A stretch of DNA of 64,000 nucleotides from Longimicrobiales bacterium (lineage in GTDB: Bacteria > Gemmatimonadota > Gemmatimonadetes > Longimicrobiales > Gaopeijiaceae): positions 544,001-608,000 of the forward strand of contig JAWLHJ010000003.1 of NCBI GenBank assembly GCA_041690395.1, read 5' to 3'. The first letter of the stretch is position 1. Each line of letters begins with the position of its first letter. Position numbers and translations under genes: made by a program. Shown one piece after another: positions 40,155 through 50,213 of the stretch. The notes beneath the pieces are model-generated. The model was not told where the DNA came from. It made no database searches and saw only the letters and a list, made by a program, of their open reading frames with translations.

Positions 40155-40961
40155 CTACGCCGCGACCACCGTCGTCATCCGGACGCCGCCCCGCAGGATC
40201 CCGTCCTTCACGAACGGGGCGCAGGCATCGACGAAATCGCGCTCGAACAGCGCCCTACCCTCCGCGTCGAGCTTCGTGACCGCCGCGGCCACCGGCGTGC
40301 TCAGCACGTAGTGCCACAGAAACTCGCCCGGCTCCCCGAGATCGAGCGGGGTCTCGTCCGACCGAACCTCCACGTGACGAAAGCCCGCCTCCTCCGCCAT
40401 GGCCCGCAGCTCGTCGGCGTCGTGGAGGGAGAAGACCGTGTCCACGAAGCCCGCGCCGGCGGGGTCGACGTGCCGTCGGAGTCCGTCCGCCATCGCCTGG
40501 AACGGAGGCGGCGTGGGGCCGGGCACGTTGGCCACGAAGCGGCCGCCCCGCGCCAGCACGCGGCGGATCTCACGGAGCGCCGCCACCCGGTCCATGAAGA
40601 ACTGGAGCCCCATGCCGCACAGGACCACGTCGAAGGAGCCGTCCTCCAGCGGGATCCTCTCCGCCGGCGCTTCATGCCACGTGACGGACGCTTCGGCGGG
40701 GACTGCGTCCCGCGCGACGGCCAGCATGGCCGGGTTCGGATCGAGGCCGGCCACGGAGCCCTCCGACCCCACGCGCTCCGCCGCGAGCCGTGTGACGATG
40801 CCGGTTCCGCAGGCCACGTCGAGCACCCTCGCCCCGGTCCGGAGCCCGGCCGCCTCCAGGAGTCCCACCGCCACCGGATGGCCGATGGTCGGCACGAAAT
40901 GCTGCTCGTAGCGCTCGGCCGCCTGGCTGGCGAACGTCGCTTCGTAGGATGCTTCGGACAT
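40155..40961 (-). CDS. Class I SAM-dependent methyltransferase (UbiE-like)
   Basis: VLDVACGTGIV, GLDPNPAML, FDVVLC, RRVLARGG; SD GAGG. Confidence 0.92.
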   Translation of the reverse strand: MSEASYEATFASQAAERYEQHFVPTIGHPVAVGLLEAAGLRTGARVLDVACGTGIVTRLAAERVGSEGSVAGLDPNPAMLAVARDAVPAEASVTWHEAPAERIPLEDGSFDVVLCGMGLQFFMDRVAALREIRRVLARGGRFVANVPGPTPPPFQAMADGLRRHVDPAGAGFVDTVFSLHDADELRAMAEEAGFRHVEVRSDETPLDLGEPGEFLWHYVLSTPVAAAVTKLDAEGRALFERDFVDACAPFVKDGILRGGVRMTTVVAA

Positions 40962-41077
40962 GGGGACACCTCTGCCGTGGGCGTGTGAAAGGGCGGAGCG
41001 CAGCGTGTCGAGGAAATCTCCAGGAACCAGGGCTCCGGCGCTTCGGGGAGAACACCCAAGCGGAGGCGGAAGGGGTC

Positions 41078-41095
41078 GTGGGTGGTTCCACCCAC
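41078..41095. promoter_or_regulatory. Palindromic operator between luxR and the methyltransferase gene
   Basis: GTGGGTGG-TT-CCACCCAC perfect repeat, with a degenerate second box at 41041-41060. Confidence 0.55.
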
Positions 41096-41100
41096 TCCAA

Positions 41101-42756
41101 TCAGACCAGGTCGTGCTCGTACGCGTAGGCGGTGGCCGCCGCCCGCGACGACACTCCGAGCTTGGCGAAGATGTGGGAGACGTGTCGCTCCACCGTCCGC
41201 TCGCTGATGAAGAGCTCCTCGCCGATCCGCCGGTTCGTGGCGCCGGACGCCAGGCACCGGAGCACCTCCGACTCCCGCGGCGTGAGTCCATGCTCGTGAG
41301 CGGTGGCCGTGCCCGGGTGTGCCTGGACCGACACGTCCTCCCCCTCCGCCCGGAGGCGGGCCAGGTCCGCTTCGGCGCCCAGCCGTTCCAATGTCCGGAC
41401 GGCTCCCTCCAGCTCGAGACCCGCGGTGTCCCCGTCCCCCAACACCCGGCAGGCCCGGGCCAGCAGGATCTGGATTCGTGCGGCCTCGTAGGGCGCGTCC
41501 AGCGCTTCCCACGTCGTCTGAGCCGTCCGGAGCTCGGACGAGGCGGCCAGGGCGTCCCCCTTCTCGAGCAGGACCGCTCCCCGTGCACCCGCCGCCAGCG
41601 CCAGGAGCAGAGGCGCCTCGAGATCCCGGGCGACGCCCGTCAGCGCTTCGGCGGCCTTCCGGGCCGCATCGATGTCTCCGGCAGCCAACATGATCTCGAC
41701 GCATGCCGGTAGAACCCGCCATTGCTGGGCCGGCGTGACGGCCTCCTCCACCACCCGGCGAATGGCGGCTTCGGCGTCCCCGATGCGTCCCTCGGCCAGA
41801 CGGAGCAGCGCCAGACCGGGCTGGGGAGTGCGTCCGCGGACGCTTGCCTCGCGGTACGCCTCCTCGGCCTCCGAGAAGTCGCCTCTCAGCCGGTGGACCT
41901 CCCCTCGCTGGTAGAAAGCGGCTCCCGCTCCCGGCTCCGCCGACGGACCGGTGAGGAGGCGACACGCCCGCGCAGCTTCTTCCAGGGCATCGGGCCAGTC
42001 TCCCTGTAGCCGGAGGATCTCCGAGCGGCGCACCAGGCATTCGCCGCGGAACGGGACGAGCTCCGGCTGCGAGGCACACCACCCGCTCAGCGCCGCAGTC
42101 CACTCCTTCGCTCGACCGAGATCGCAGATCTCGTGGCATGCCTGGATGACGGCGCAGTAGATCGTGCCCACGGCCACGGGACCCAGTCCCCCGGCATCGA
42201 CCGCGGCCATGGCTTCGTCCAGCAGGGCCACCCCCTCCTCGATGGCCCCGGACCGGATCCGAGCCTGACCTCGCCCCAGGCGCGACAGGGCCACGAGGTC
42301 CGCGGATCCGAAGCGCTCGCCGATGTCTCCGGCCTCCTGGAACGCCTCGCCGGCCGCCGCGGAGTCGCCTTCGGCCAGCAGGCGGAGGCCCCGGGGGAGA
42401 AGGACGAAGCCTTGTTCTTCGCAGTCTTGTCCGCATCCATCCAACAGGCTTTCCGCCCGGGAGATCCACCCACCGCCCCGGGCACGCTCACCTCGCATGA
42501 GGAGTTGAAAGCCCAACCAGAAAGCACACCGAGCCGCGCCTACGGGATCGTCCTGCTCCAGGTACTCACGATGCGCACCACCCAGAGCGTCGACGCTCTC
42601 GTCCCAGCGGCCCATGAGGTAGGCGGCGACGGAGAAGCGCTCGAGGACGGCAGGCTCCAGGCTCTGGTCCCGGTGCGCGCCCACGAGCGCCTCGTACGCC
42701 TCGGCCCACTTCCGGTTACGGAAGGCCTCCAGGCCCCGATCGCGCGCGTCGGACAT
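41101..42756 (-). CDS. LuxR-family regulator with TPR-like helical N-terminus
   Basis: C-terminal LTPRESEVLRCLASGATNRRIGEELFISERTVERHVSHIFAKLGVSSR. Confidence 0.93.
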   Translation of the reverse strand: MSDARDRGLEAFRNRKWAEAYEALVGAHRDQSLEPAVLERFSVAAYLMGRWDESVDALGGAHREYLEQDDPVGAARCAFWLGFQLLMRGERARGGGWISRAESLLDGCGQDCEEQGFVLLPRGLRLLAEGDSAAAGEAFQEAGDIGERFGSADLVALSRLGRGQARIRSGAIEEGVALLDEAMAAVDAGGLGPVAVGTIYCAVIQACHEICDLGRAKEWTAALSGWCASQPELVPFRGECLVRRSEILRLQGDWPDALEEAARACRLLTGPSAEPGAGAAFYQRGEVHRLRGDFSEAEEAYREASVRGRTPQPGLALLRLAEGRIGDAEAAIRRVVEEAVTPAQQWRVLPACVEIMLAAGDIDAARKAAEALTGVARDLEAPLLLALAAGARGAVLLEKGDALAASSELRTAQTTWEALDAPYEAARIQILLARACRVLGDGDTAGLELEGAVRTLERLGAEADLARLRAEGEDVSVQAHPGTATAHEHGLTPRESEVLRCLASGATNRRIGEELFISERTVERHVSHIFAKLGVSSRAAATAYAYEHDLV

Positions 42757-42872
42757 CGTGACACCATCCCTCTGGGGGAGCGGAGGTGGACGGGGTTCGG
42801 TGCGAATGTAGGGGCTACCGAAGCGCCAGGACATTCCGTCGGCGCCGGATTACCTGCGGGCCCCGACCCCCA

Positions 42873-43679
42873 TCAGAACTGGAAGCGCCACCCGACCGAG
42901 AGGTCCAGCGCGTCACGGGCGTCGCCGTCGAGCGGCACCCGAAGGAACAGAGTCGAGCCCTCCGCCGTCTGCTGCAGCGCCACCCCGAGGTCGAGGTAGG
43001 AGGTGAACTGCCGTCCGAACCCGTCGTCTCCGGTCACGTCGTACGAGACGTTGAGGTCGGCGCGCAGCTCGGTGCTCCCCGCGGGCACGCTCCCCCACCC
43101 GGCCACGCGCGCATAGACGAACAGATTCTCGAAGTCGGTGGGCATGACGGCGGCGCCTCCGAGTCGAAGGCCCACCCGGCCGCCGTCCTCGAGCGCTCGC
43201 GAGGGAATCCAGGCACCCCTGAAGGAGACGGCGTCGTCGCTCCACTTCTCGAGCTCGTTCAGCCACGGAAGGGCGCCGACGAGAACGGCCAGGTCGGGAC
43301 CTCCGACGTTCGACGCGGTTGGGAGCGTCACCCCGAGGAAACCGGTGAGGTCGTTCGGCTCCCCGAAAAGGAGGGACGCGCGCAGGTTCCCGAGATAGAA
43401 GCTCGTACCGTTCGCGCCGTCGGTGCCGGCCACGGCGAGCGGGACGCCGATCGCGACCGCCCGCCCGGAGTTCAGGGGCAGCAGGACATCGGCTTCGATG
43501 TTGGAGCTGTAGAAGTCGAGGCCGTCGAACGGGAGGAACGGCTTCTCGAGCTGGAGCACGAACCCCGGGTCGTCCACCGGCGCGGGGACGAAGGTCTGGG
43601 CGTTCACGTCCGGCGCGGTCGACAGGAGCATGGTGAGCAGTCCGAGCCACACGGCCGGCGTAGCGATACGGTCCTTCAT
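42873..43679 (-). CDS. Exported protein, probable outer-membrane beta-barrel
   Basis: Signal peptide ending DVNAQ; amphipathic beta pattern; C-terminal VGWRFQF. Confidence 0.65.
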   Translation of the reverse strand: MKDRIATPAVWLGLLTMLLSTAPDVNAQTFVPAPVDDPGFVLQLEKPFLPFDGLDFYSSNIEADVLLPLNSGRAVAIGVPLAVAGTDGANGTSFYLGNLRASLLFGEPNDLTGFLGVTLPTASNVGGPDLAVLVGALPWLNELEKWSDDAVSFRGAWIPSRALEDGGRVGLRLGGAAVMPTDFENLFVYARVAGWGSVPAGSTELRADLNVSYDVTGDDGFGRQFTSYLDLGVALQQTAEGSTLFLRVPLDGDARDALDLSVGWRFQF

Positions 43680-43894
43680 CCGATTCCCCTTGCATTGATT
43701 GACGGATCGTCCGACCCGAGGGACTACACGACCTCGTGCACATAGGTTGCCGGCGGGTGTCGTACCGCTCAGCACACCCCACCCCCTGGCGGACCCACCG
43801 CCCCTCCCCTCACACTGACAATGTCCGGGAGCGGAACGTCCGCGGACGGGAAGCGGGCTCACCCTCCCATCCCGCAGGACAGGAGGATGTCGCC

Positions 43895-45325
43895 ATGATC
43901 GAGACCACGATCCACACGCGCGCCGGAGGCACCGTCACGGTTCCCGGCACCACGCTCGAGACCCTGCGCCAGAGTGTGTCCGGCGAGGTGATCGTCAGCG
44001 GCGACGGCGGGTACGACGAGGCCCGCGCGATCTGGAACGGTATGATCGACCGGCGCCCCGCGGTCATCGTCGCGTGCCGGAACACGCGCGACGTGCAAGC
44101 CGCGGTACGCTTCGCGGTCGAACACGACCTACTGACGACGGTCCGGGGCGGCGGCCACAACATCGCGGGAAGCGCCGTCGCGGACGGCGCCATGATGATC
44201 GACCTCTCCCGGATGCGCGACGTGCGTGTCGATCCGAAGCGTCGGGTCGCGCGCGTCGAGGGAGGCGCGCTGCTCTCCGACGTCGACGCGGCGACCCAGG
44301 AGCACGGACTGGCGGTGCCGCTCGGCATCAACTCCACCACGGGCGTGGCCGGGCTGACGCTCGGCGGCGGGTTCGGTTGGCTGAGCCGGAAGCACGGCTT
44401 GACCGTCGACAGCTTGATCTCCGCCGAGGTCGTGACCGCCGACGGCAGGCGGGTCGTCGCCAGCAAGGACGAGAACGAGGATCTCTTCTGGGCACTCCGC
44501 GGCGGCGGCGGCAACTTCGGCGTGGTGACCGCCTTCGAGTTCCGACTCCACCCTGTGGGTCCGGAGGTGCTCTCGGGACTCATCGTTCATCCGTTCGAGG
44601 ACGCTCCCTCCGTCCTCCGTCAGTATCGGGCGTTCACGGAACAGGCCCCGGACGACGTCTCCGTGTGGGTCGTGCTCCGCAAAGCACCGCCGCTGCCCTT
44701 CCTTCCGGAGGAGTGGCACGGACGGGAAGTCCTGGTGCTGGCGGCGTTCTACGCGGGCTCGATGGAGGACGGTGAGCAGGCGCTCCAGCCGGTGCGTGAC
44801 ATCGGCAACCCGATCGCGGACGTCATCGGACCGCATCCGTACACGGGATGGCAACAGGCCTTCGATCCGCTTCTCACCCCCGGGGCTCGCAACTACTGGA
44901 AGTCGCACGACTTCACCGAGCTCGACGACGGCATGCTCGACACCGTGTTGGAGCGGGTCGCGGCTCTTCCTTCCCCGGAGTGCGAGGTGTTCATCGCCCA
45001 CCTCGGCGGAGCCACCGGTCGGATCTCGCCCGACGCGACCGCATATCCGCACCGCGCCACGCGCTACATCATGAACGTCCACACGCGGTGGAGCGATCCG
45101 GAGGGCGACACGCCTTGCGTGAAGTGGGCGCGTGAACTCTTCGAGGCGGCGGCGCCGTACTCGACGGGTGGCGTCTACGTGAACTTCATGCCGGACGACG
45201 AGGTGGCCCGGATCGGCGCCGCGTACGGGCCGAACTACGATCGCCTCGTCGAGCTGAAGCAGCGTTGGGATCCGGACAACCGCTTCCGGGCCAACCAGAA
45301 CATCCGGCCGGTGACCGAGGCCTAG
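43895..45325 (+). CDS. FAD-linked oxidase (berberine bridge enzyme-like)
   Basis: WNGMIDRRP, RGGGHN (covalent FAD His), GLTLGGGFG, RGGGGNFGVVT, YVNF, K.RWDPDNRFR.NQNI; SD AGGAGG. Confidence 0.95.
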   Translation: MIETTIHTRAGGTVTVPGTTLETLRQSVSGEVIVSGDGGYDEARAIWNGMIDRRPAVIVACRNTRDVQAAVRFAVEHDLLTTVRGGGHNIAGSAVADGAMMIDLSRMRDVRVDPKRRVARVEGGALLSDVDAATQEHGLAVPLGINSTTGVAGLTLGGGFGWLSRKHGLTVDSLISAEVVTADGRRVVASKDENEDLFWALRGGGGNFGVVTAFEFRLHPVGPEVLSGLIVHPFEDAPSVLRQYRAFTEQAPDDVSVWVVLRKAPPLPFLPEEWHGREVLVLAAFYAGSMEDGEQALQPVRDIGNPIADVIGPHPYTGWQQAFDPLLTPGARNYWKSHDFTELDDGMLDTVLERVAALPSPECEVFIAHLGGATGRISPDATAYPHRATRYIMNVHTRWSDPEGDTPCVKWARELFEAAAPYSTGGVYVNFMPDDEVARIGAAYGPNYDRLVELKQRWDPDNRFRANQNIRPVTEA

Positions 45326-45367
45326 CCGCCCTTCCCCCTCGCCGCCCGGGCCCGCATCGTAGGGGCG

Positions 45368-46222
45368 ATGATGGATCCCAGCGGGGGGAACGACATGCAT
45401 GGTGATCGAGCGGAGTCCCCGGGGGGGCGGCGGCGCGGCGCCGAACCGGCACGCGCGCTCGTCCTGCTCGCTGCGACGTCGTTTTGTGTCTGGGCGGATG
45501 CCGTATCCGCCCAGACCATCCTCAACGTGGAGCGGCTCCAGCCGGGTGACGTGGAGGGAACGCACTGGGGGGTGGAGGGAGAGTTCAGCCTCAGCCGCGG
45601 CAACAACGAGATCCTCGACGTGCTGGGCGGCGTCGTGCTCGGGCATCGATGGGAAGAAGAGTGGCTGAGAACCTTCGTGGGGTTCGACTACCGCTCGGAG
45701 ACGGGTGGGCCGGACGAAAGCGACCAATATCTCCACGTGCGCTACAACCGCTGGTGGACCGACCGCTGGCAGTCGTTCCATTTCGTGCAGTATCAGGCGA
45801 GTCGGACCAGCCTGCTGCAACGACGGGCGCTGGTCGGAAGTGGGATCCGTCACCGACTCGTGGACGGGCGCACGACGTTCGACGTCGGGACCGGCGTCAT
45901 GCGGGAGGAAGAGGACCTGGACGAGGAGCGGCTGTCCGGCACCCATCCGGCGCGACCGCGGGTATGGCGCATGGCCAACCTGCTCGTCGGAACGCGTCGG
46001 CTGAGCGAGGTGCTCCGCCTCGTGGGCGTGGCATACGTGCAGCCGGATCTGTCCGATTTCGGGGATCTCCGCACCCTCACCGACCTGTCGCTCCAGATCG
46101 CGCTGACGGACAACGTGGACCTCACCCTCCGCGGCGAATGGCGGCGCGACTCGAGGCCCCCGGCCGGGGTGCGCCGGGACGACGTGGTTCTGAGCACGGG
46201 CTTCACCGTGTCGTTCCGATGA
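45368..46222 (+). CDS. DUF481-like outer membrane beta-barrel protein
   Basis: AQTILNVE, SLSRGN, HVRYN, YVQP, terminal beta-strand; start uncertain. Confidence 0.7.
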   Translation: MMDPSGGNDMHGDRAESPGGRRRGAEPARALVLLAATSFCVWADAVSAQTILNVERLQPGDVEGTHWGVEGEFSLSRGNNEILDVLGGVVLGHRWEEEWLRTFVGFDYRSETGGPDESDQYLHVRYNRWWTDRWQSFHFVQYQASRTSLLQRRALVGSGIRHRLVDGRTTFDVGTGVMREEEDLDEERLSGTHPARPRVWRMANLLVGTRRLSEVLRLVGVAYVQPDLSDFGDLRTLTDLSLQIALTDNVDLTLRGEWRRDSRPPAGVRRDDVVLSTGFTVSFR

Positions 46223-46259
46223 CGCCCATGTCGTTCCGGGTGACGAGGCTATCCCGCCG

Positions 46260-48347
46260 GTGACGACCACGGCCCTCCGGGCGATCGGGGCCGCTCTCAT
46301 CGTCCTGTCCCTGACCCCGGTCTTCCGGATCCTGACGCCGGAGGAAGATGCGCCGGTTCGAGCCGCGAACCTCTCGATCGCCGAGGGGTCGCTCGAGTTG
46401 ATGTGGTGGGGCAGCCTCGTCGTCGTTCTGCTTGCGCTCGTGCTCACGCGGGTGGTCCCCGAGATACCCGGGCGCGTCGGGCGGGCCGCGGCGGAGGTGC
46501 TGTCCCGTCCATCGCCGGCGGTCTTCGCGGCCTGCGTCGCGTTGGTCGCCACGGTCGCGGGCGTACTCGTGGTCGGCGTCCTGTTCCAGTGCCTCCTGAC
46601 GAACGTCGACGAGATGGCCTCGTTGATCCACGCGCGCTACCTGGCGCTCGGACGGCTCGCCGGACCGGCGCTCCCCCTGCCGGAAGCCTGGCTGATCCCG
46701 AACATGCTCATCGTGCCGGAAGGTTGGGTGTCGCAGTACCCTCCGTCACATCTGGCCGTGATCGCCGTGTTCGACCGCATGGGGGTCCCGCTCGCCACCG
46801 GGCCGGTGTTTTTCGGCGTAATGGCCGGTCTCGTGGCCCTCACGCTCCCCCGCCTCGTCTCCGAGCGCGTCGTCGCCATGAGGGCCGCGGCCGTGCTCAC
46901 GGCCCTGAGTCCCATGCTCCTCTTCCTCGCCGGTGGCCTGCTCAGCCACCTGACGGCCGGTGCCGCCCTGACCCTGGCGGTCTATGCGGTGATCCGGGCG
47001 AGAGACGGCCGGGCGGCCTGGGCGGTCGTCGCAGGGGGAGCGATCGGCGTGGCGGTCAGCGCGCGACCGCTCACTGGGCTGGTCCTGGGGGCCCTGTTTC
47101 CAGTCGCGCTCTGGTGGCCCCGCGTCCGTGGCGGCGCGACCGGGCTCGGGGAACGGGTCCAGGCCGGCGGCCTCGGCTGGGGGGCTCGGCGGGTGGCGGC
47201 CCTCGTGGCCGGTGGGATCCCCTTCGCCGTCCTTCTCGGCGCATACCATGCCCGCGTGTTCGGAGGCGTGACCCACTGGGGATACCTGGCGGCCTTCGGT
47301 GCGGATCACGGCCTCGGCTTCCATCCCGATCCCTGGGGATACGACTACGGCCCGCGGGAAGCGCTGGCACTGACCTCGACCGATCTGGTCCAGCTCGGTG
47401 TCCAACTGCTCGAGACACCCCTGCCCCTCACGGCGGTCCTCGGGGCGTCGCTCCTGGTCGGGCGCGGACTCGGTCGTGGAACGGGCTTGCTCGCGGCGTG
47501 GGCGTTGATTCCGGTCGCGGCGAACGCCGTCTACTGGTTCCATGCTCCCCGCATGTACTACGAGTCCGCCCCTGCGTGGATCGCGCTCGCGGTGCTGGGT
47601 CTCCTGGGGATGTACGGACGCGCGTCCCCGGAAGCCGGACATCCGGCCCCACGACGTCAGTGGACGGCGCCCGCGCTGGGGTGGGTCACCCTGCTCGCAC
47701 TCGGATGGGGAGTCGCGCTCGGCACCCCGGCCCGGTGGACCAGCTACGCGTGGGACGACGCGACGCTGGCTTCCGTGCGCGCACCCGATGCGCCCCCCGG
47801 CCCACCCGCGCTGGTGTTCGTCCACACGCCCTGGACAGAGCGGATCACGGCGACCCTGCAGGGAGCGGGTGGCATGAGACAGGACAGTGTCACCGTGGCC
47901 CTCCGCCGGAACGACACATGCTCGCTGCACGCATACGCGGCAGCCCGCGAGCGGCGGGTCCGCGAAGGTGCGTCGGATGAGCTCCCGGTGGTGGACCTGC
48001 AGCACCGGGCCGGCGCGCCCGAGGGGCTGGGCCGCCACGCCACGGAGGGCGGCACGGTGATCCGCCTCCGCGCCGGGGAGAACCTCACCGATGATTGTGC
48101 GCGCGAGCTGGCCTCCGACCGCTTCGGCACGGTGGCGCTCGCTCCGCTCCTCTGGCAGGGTGACCTCCCGGGCGACGAACGGGGAGACCCGATGTTCGTC
48201 CGCGACCTCGGCCCTGAGAAGAACGCGGTCGTGCGAGCGGCGCATCCGGACCGGGCGCCGTTCGTCTTCGCGCCGCGGGCGGTCGGCGCCGCCCCGGAAC
48301 TGGTCCCATACGAGGGAGCGATGCGCCTGCTCTGGAGCAGGCGCTAG
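46260..48347 (+). CDS. GT-C fold (ArnT/PMT-like) membrane glycosyltransferase
   Basis: Many TM helices; DE motif after early TMs (NVDEMASL..AR..A.GRL), SQYPP, RP motif, PRMYYE. Confidence 0.65.
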   Translation: MTTTALRAIGAALIVLSLTPVFRILTPEEDAPVRAANLSIAEGSLELMWWGSLVVVLLALVLTRVVPEIPGRVGRAAAEVLSRPSPAVFAACVALVATVAGVLVVGVLFQCLLTNVDEMASLIHARYLALGRLAGPALPLPEAWLIPNMLIVPEGWVSQYPPSHLAVIAVFDRMGVPLATGPVFFGVMAGLVALTLPRLVSERVVAMRAAAVLTALSPMLLFLAGGLLSHLTAGAALTLAVYAVIRARDGRAAWAVVAGGAIGVAVSARPLTGLVLGALFPVALWWPRVRGGATGLGERVQAGGLGWGARRVAALVAGGIPFAVLLGAYHARVFGGVTHWGYLAAFGADHGLGFHPDPWGYDYGPREALALTSTDLVQLGVQLLETPLPLTAVLGASLLVGRGLGRGTGLLAAWALIPVAANAVYWFHAPRMYYESAPAWIALAVLGLLGMYGRASPEAGHPAPRRQWTAPALGWVTLLALGWGVALGTPARWTSYAWDDATLASVRAPDAPPGPPALVFVHTPWTERITATLQGAGGMRQDSVTVALRRNDTCSLHAYAAARERRVREGASDELPVVDLQHRAGAPEGLGRHATEGGTVIRLRAGENLTDDCARELASDRFGTVALAPLLWQGDLPGDERGDPMFVRDLGPEKNAVVRAAHPDRAPFVFAPRAVGAAPELVPYEGAMRLLWSRR

Positions 48348-49213
48348 GCCGGAAGAAGACCCTCCATACGCAGGAACGCGAGGACCTCGTCGACCGTCTC
48401 CGGCCACACGGAGAGGCAGTCGTTGTGGCCGCATGCCATGGGGACCACCTCCAGACCTGGGCGCGCAGCGGCGATGCGCGTCGCGTTGGCCAACGGCAGC
48501 ACCTCGTCGCGGGTGCCGTGCATGAGCAGCACCGGCCCCCGGTAGGCCGCCACGGCGCTCACCACGTCGAAGCGGTCCCGCACGAACCAGCGCGGCACCC
48601 GGAAGGAGCGCCAGGCGACGTCCGCCGCCGAGCTGAGCGTCGACACGAGTACCAGCGCATCGAGGGGTCGGCGGAGCGCCAGGTCGGCGACAGCACCCCC
48701 ACCGAGGGATCGGCCGATAGCGACGATGGGGTCGTCCGGCGGACGGCGCTCCGAAACGTGGTCGTACGCGGTCTCGAACACCTCGCCGATGGCGTCGCGC
48801 GAGGGTCGCCCGTCGGATCGACCGTAGCCCGGATACTCGACGAGGAGCGTGGACACACCGCCGTCCCGCAGGCTCTCCATCGGCGTGCTCCAGTCCTCGA
48901 TACGCTCCCCGTTCCCGTGCGCGAAGAGCGCGACCGGTGTGCCTGGGCCGGCGTCGAGCAGCCATGCTTCCACACGGCCGAACGAGACGTCGAGCCAAAC
49001 GCGCTCCACCCCCGCTGGCGGCGGAGCGTCGGATACGGCCGGGCCCATACCGGCTCCCGGAAAGACGATACTCCTCTGTACGCTGAACACCAGGAGCAGG
49101 TATCCAGCGTAGGCGACGGCGGCCAGCCGCGCAGCGCCCCAGACCAGGTCGAGCCAACGCCCGTCGCCCATGCTCGTGTCCACTTGGTCCGGGGCCTCAG
49201 CCCGGACGCTCAT
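48344..49213 (-). CDS. Alpha/beta hydrolase (ABHD13-like)
   Basis: HGNGE, EYPGYG.S, GRSLGG, HGTRDEV, GHND. Confidence 0.9.
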   Translation of the reverse strand: MSVRAEAPDQVDTSMGDGRWLDLVWGAARLAAVAYAGYLLLVFSVQRSIVFPGAGMGPAVSDAPPPAGVERVWLDVSFGRVEAWLLDAGPGTPVALFAHGNGERIEDWSTPMESLRDGGVSTLLVEYPGYGRSDGRPSRDAIGEVFETAYDHVSERRPPDDPIVAIGRSLGGGAVADLALRRPLDALVLVSTLSSAADVAWRSFRVPRWFVRDRFDVVSAVAAYRGPVLLMHGTRDEVLPLANATRIAAARPGLEVVPMACGHNDCLSVWPETVDEVLAFLRMEGLLPA

Positions 49214-50210
49214 CCGAGCCGAGCCGCAAACGGAAGCCGATCACGGTCCCCGCGTCCTCGAAGCCAGCGGCTCGATGGAACGCGAGGCTGGCGGCGTTGT
49301 CCGCCTCCACGTCCGAAGCCAGCTCACGGAGGCCCAGGGCGACGCCCCACGCCTCGGCGAGTCGAACCAGGGCCGTGGCCACGCCCGTGTGGCGTGCCTC
49401 CGGATCCACCCAGATCCCCTCGACATACGCGACCGGAGAGGTGACGCACCCCTCGGCGTAGGCCCGGAGCCCGACCTCGGCGAACGCGCGCGGCTCACCC
49501 TCCGGGCTCTCCGCCACGAAGGTCACGGCGGACGGATCCGGGCCATCCAGGAGCGCGTCGACCTCCTCGGCCTCCGAGTCCGGCCAGAGCGCCTGGCGCA
49601 TCCGGACCAGCGAGGGCCGGTCCCGGGGCTCCGCCCGCCGGAGCAGATATCCGCCGACCGTCCGCTCGAGCGGGGGGTCCACGCCGACGAGTCGGGGATC
49701 CGGCCAGGCACCTCCGCCACGCAGGATGCCCGCCGTCGCGATCACCTGGCCCGCGTGCCTGCGGGTGTGCTCCGCGGCGTGGAACAGGAGGCCTCGCACG
49801 TTGCTCGGGAGTCCGGCGCGGCCGACCTTCCGCTCCTCGCCGAGGGATTCCGGCGACGTGGCCCGCAGCACGTCGAGCGCACGGCCGATCGCGGTCCGTA
49901 CTCCGTCGAGGAGCGTGTCCGCGGAGACCGGAGGACTGCCGGGTTCCGCCTCGGCCGCGATCGCACGCAGCTGACCCGCGCTCAGCGCCTCACCACTCAC
50001 GTACGTGAACAGGCGGTCGAGGCTCCCGACTACGTGCCGCAGGTGGAATCCCACGGATGCGACGCCCCCGGGTCGCGCCCAGAGTCGCGCGGGGTCCAGG
50101 CCGCCCGCGGCACGCTCGAGCTCCTCGCCCGCGTCGAGGAGCGCGTGCGCGACGGGCATGAGGGCCTCGGGAACGCCCTCGACCGGCCCGCGGAGCCAGG
50201 CCTCAGTCAC
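49197..50210 (-). CDS. DinB family domain fused to GNAT (AAC(6')-like) acetyltransferase
   Basis: EAWLRGP, FHLRHVVGSLDRL, FHAAEHTRRHAGQ; then MRQALWP, YAEGC..SPVAYVEGIWV, ELASD, SLAFH..GF. Confidence 0.82.
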   Translation of the reverse strand: MTEAWLRGPVEGVPEALMPVAHALLDAGEELERAAGGLDPARLWARPGGVASVGFHLRHVVGSLDRLFTYVSGEALSAGQLRAIAAEAEPGSPPVSADTLLDGVRTAIGRALDVLRATSPESLGEERKVGRAGLPSNVRGLLFHAAEHTRRHAGQVIATAGILRGGGAWPDPRLVGVDPPLERTVGGYLLRRAEPRDRPSLVRMRQALWPDSEAEEVDALLDGPDPSAVTFVAESPEGEPRAFAEVGLRAYAEGCVTSPVAYVEGIWVDPEARHTGVATALVRLAEAWGVALGLRELASDVEADNAASLAFHRAAGFEDAGTVIGFRLRLGSDERPG

Positions 50211-50213
50211 GAC

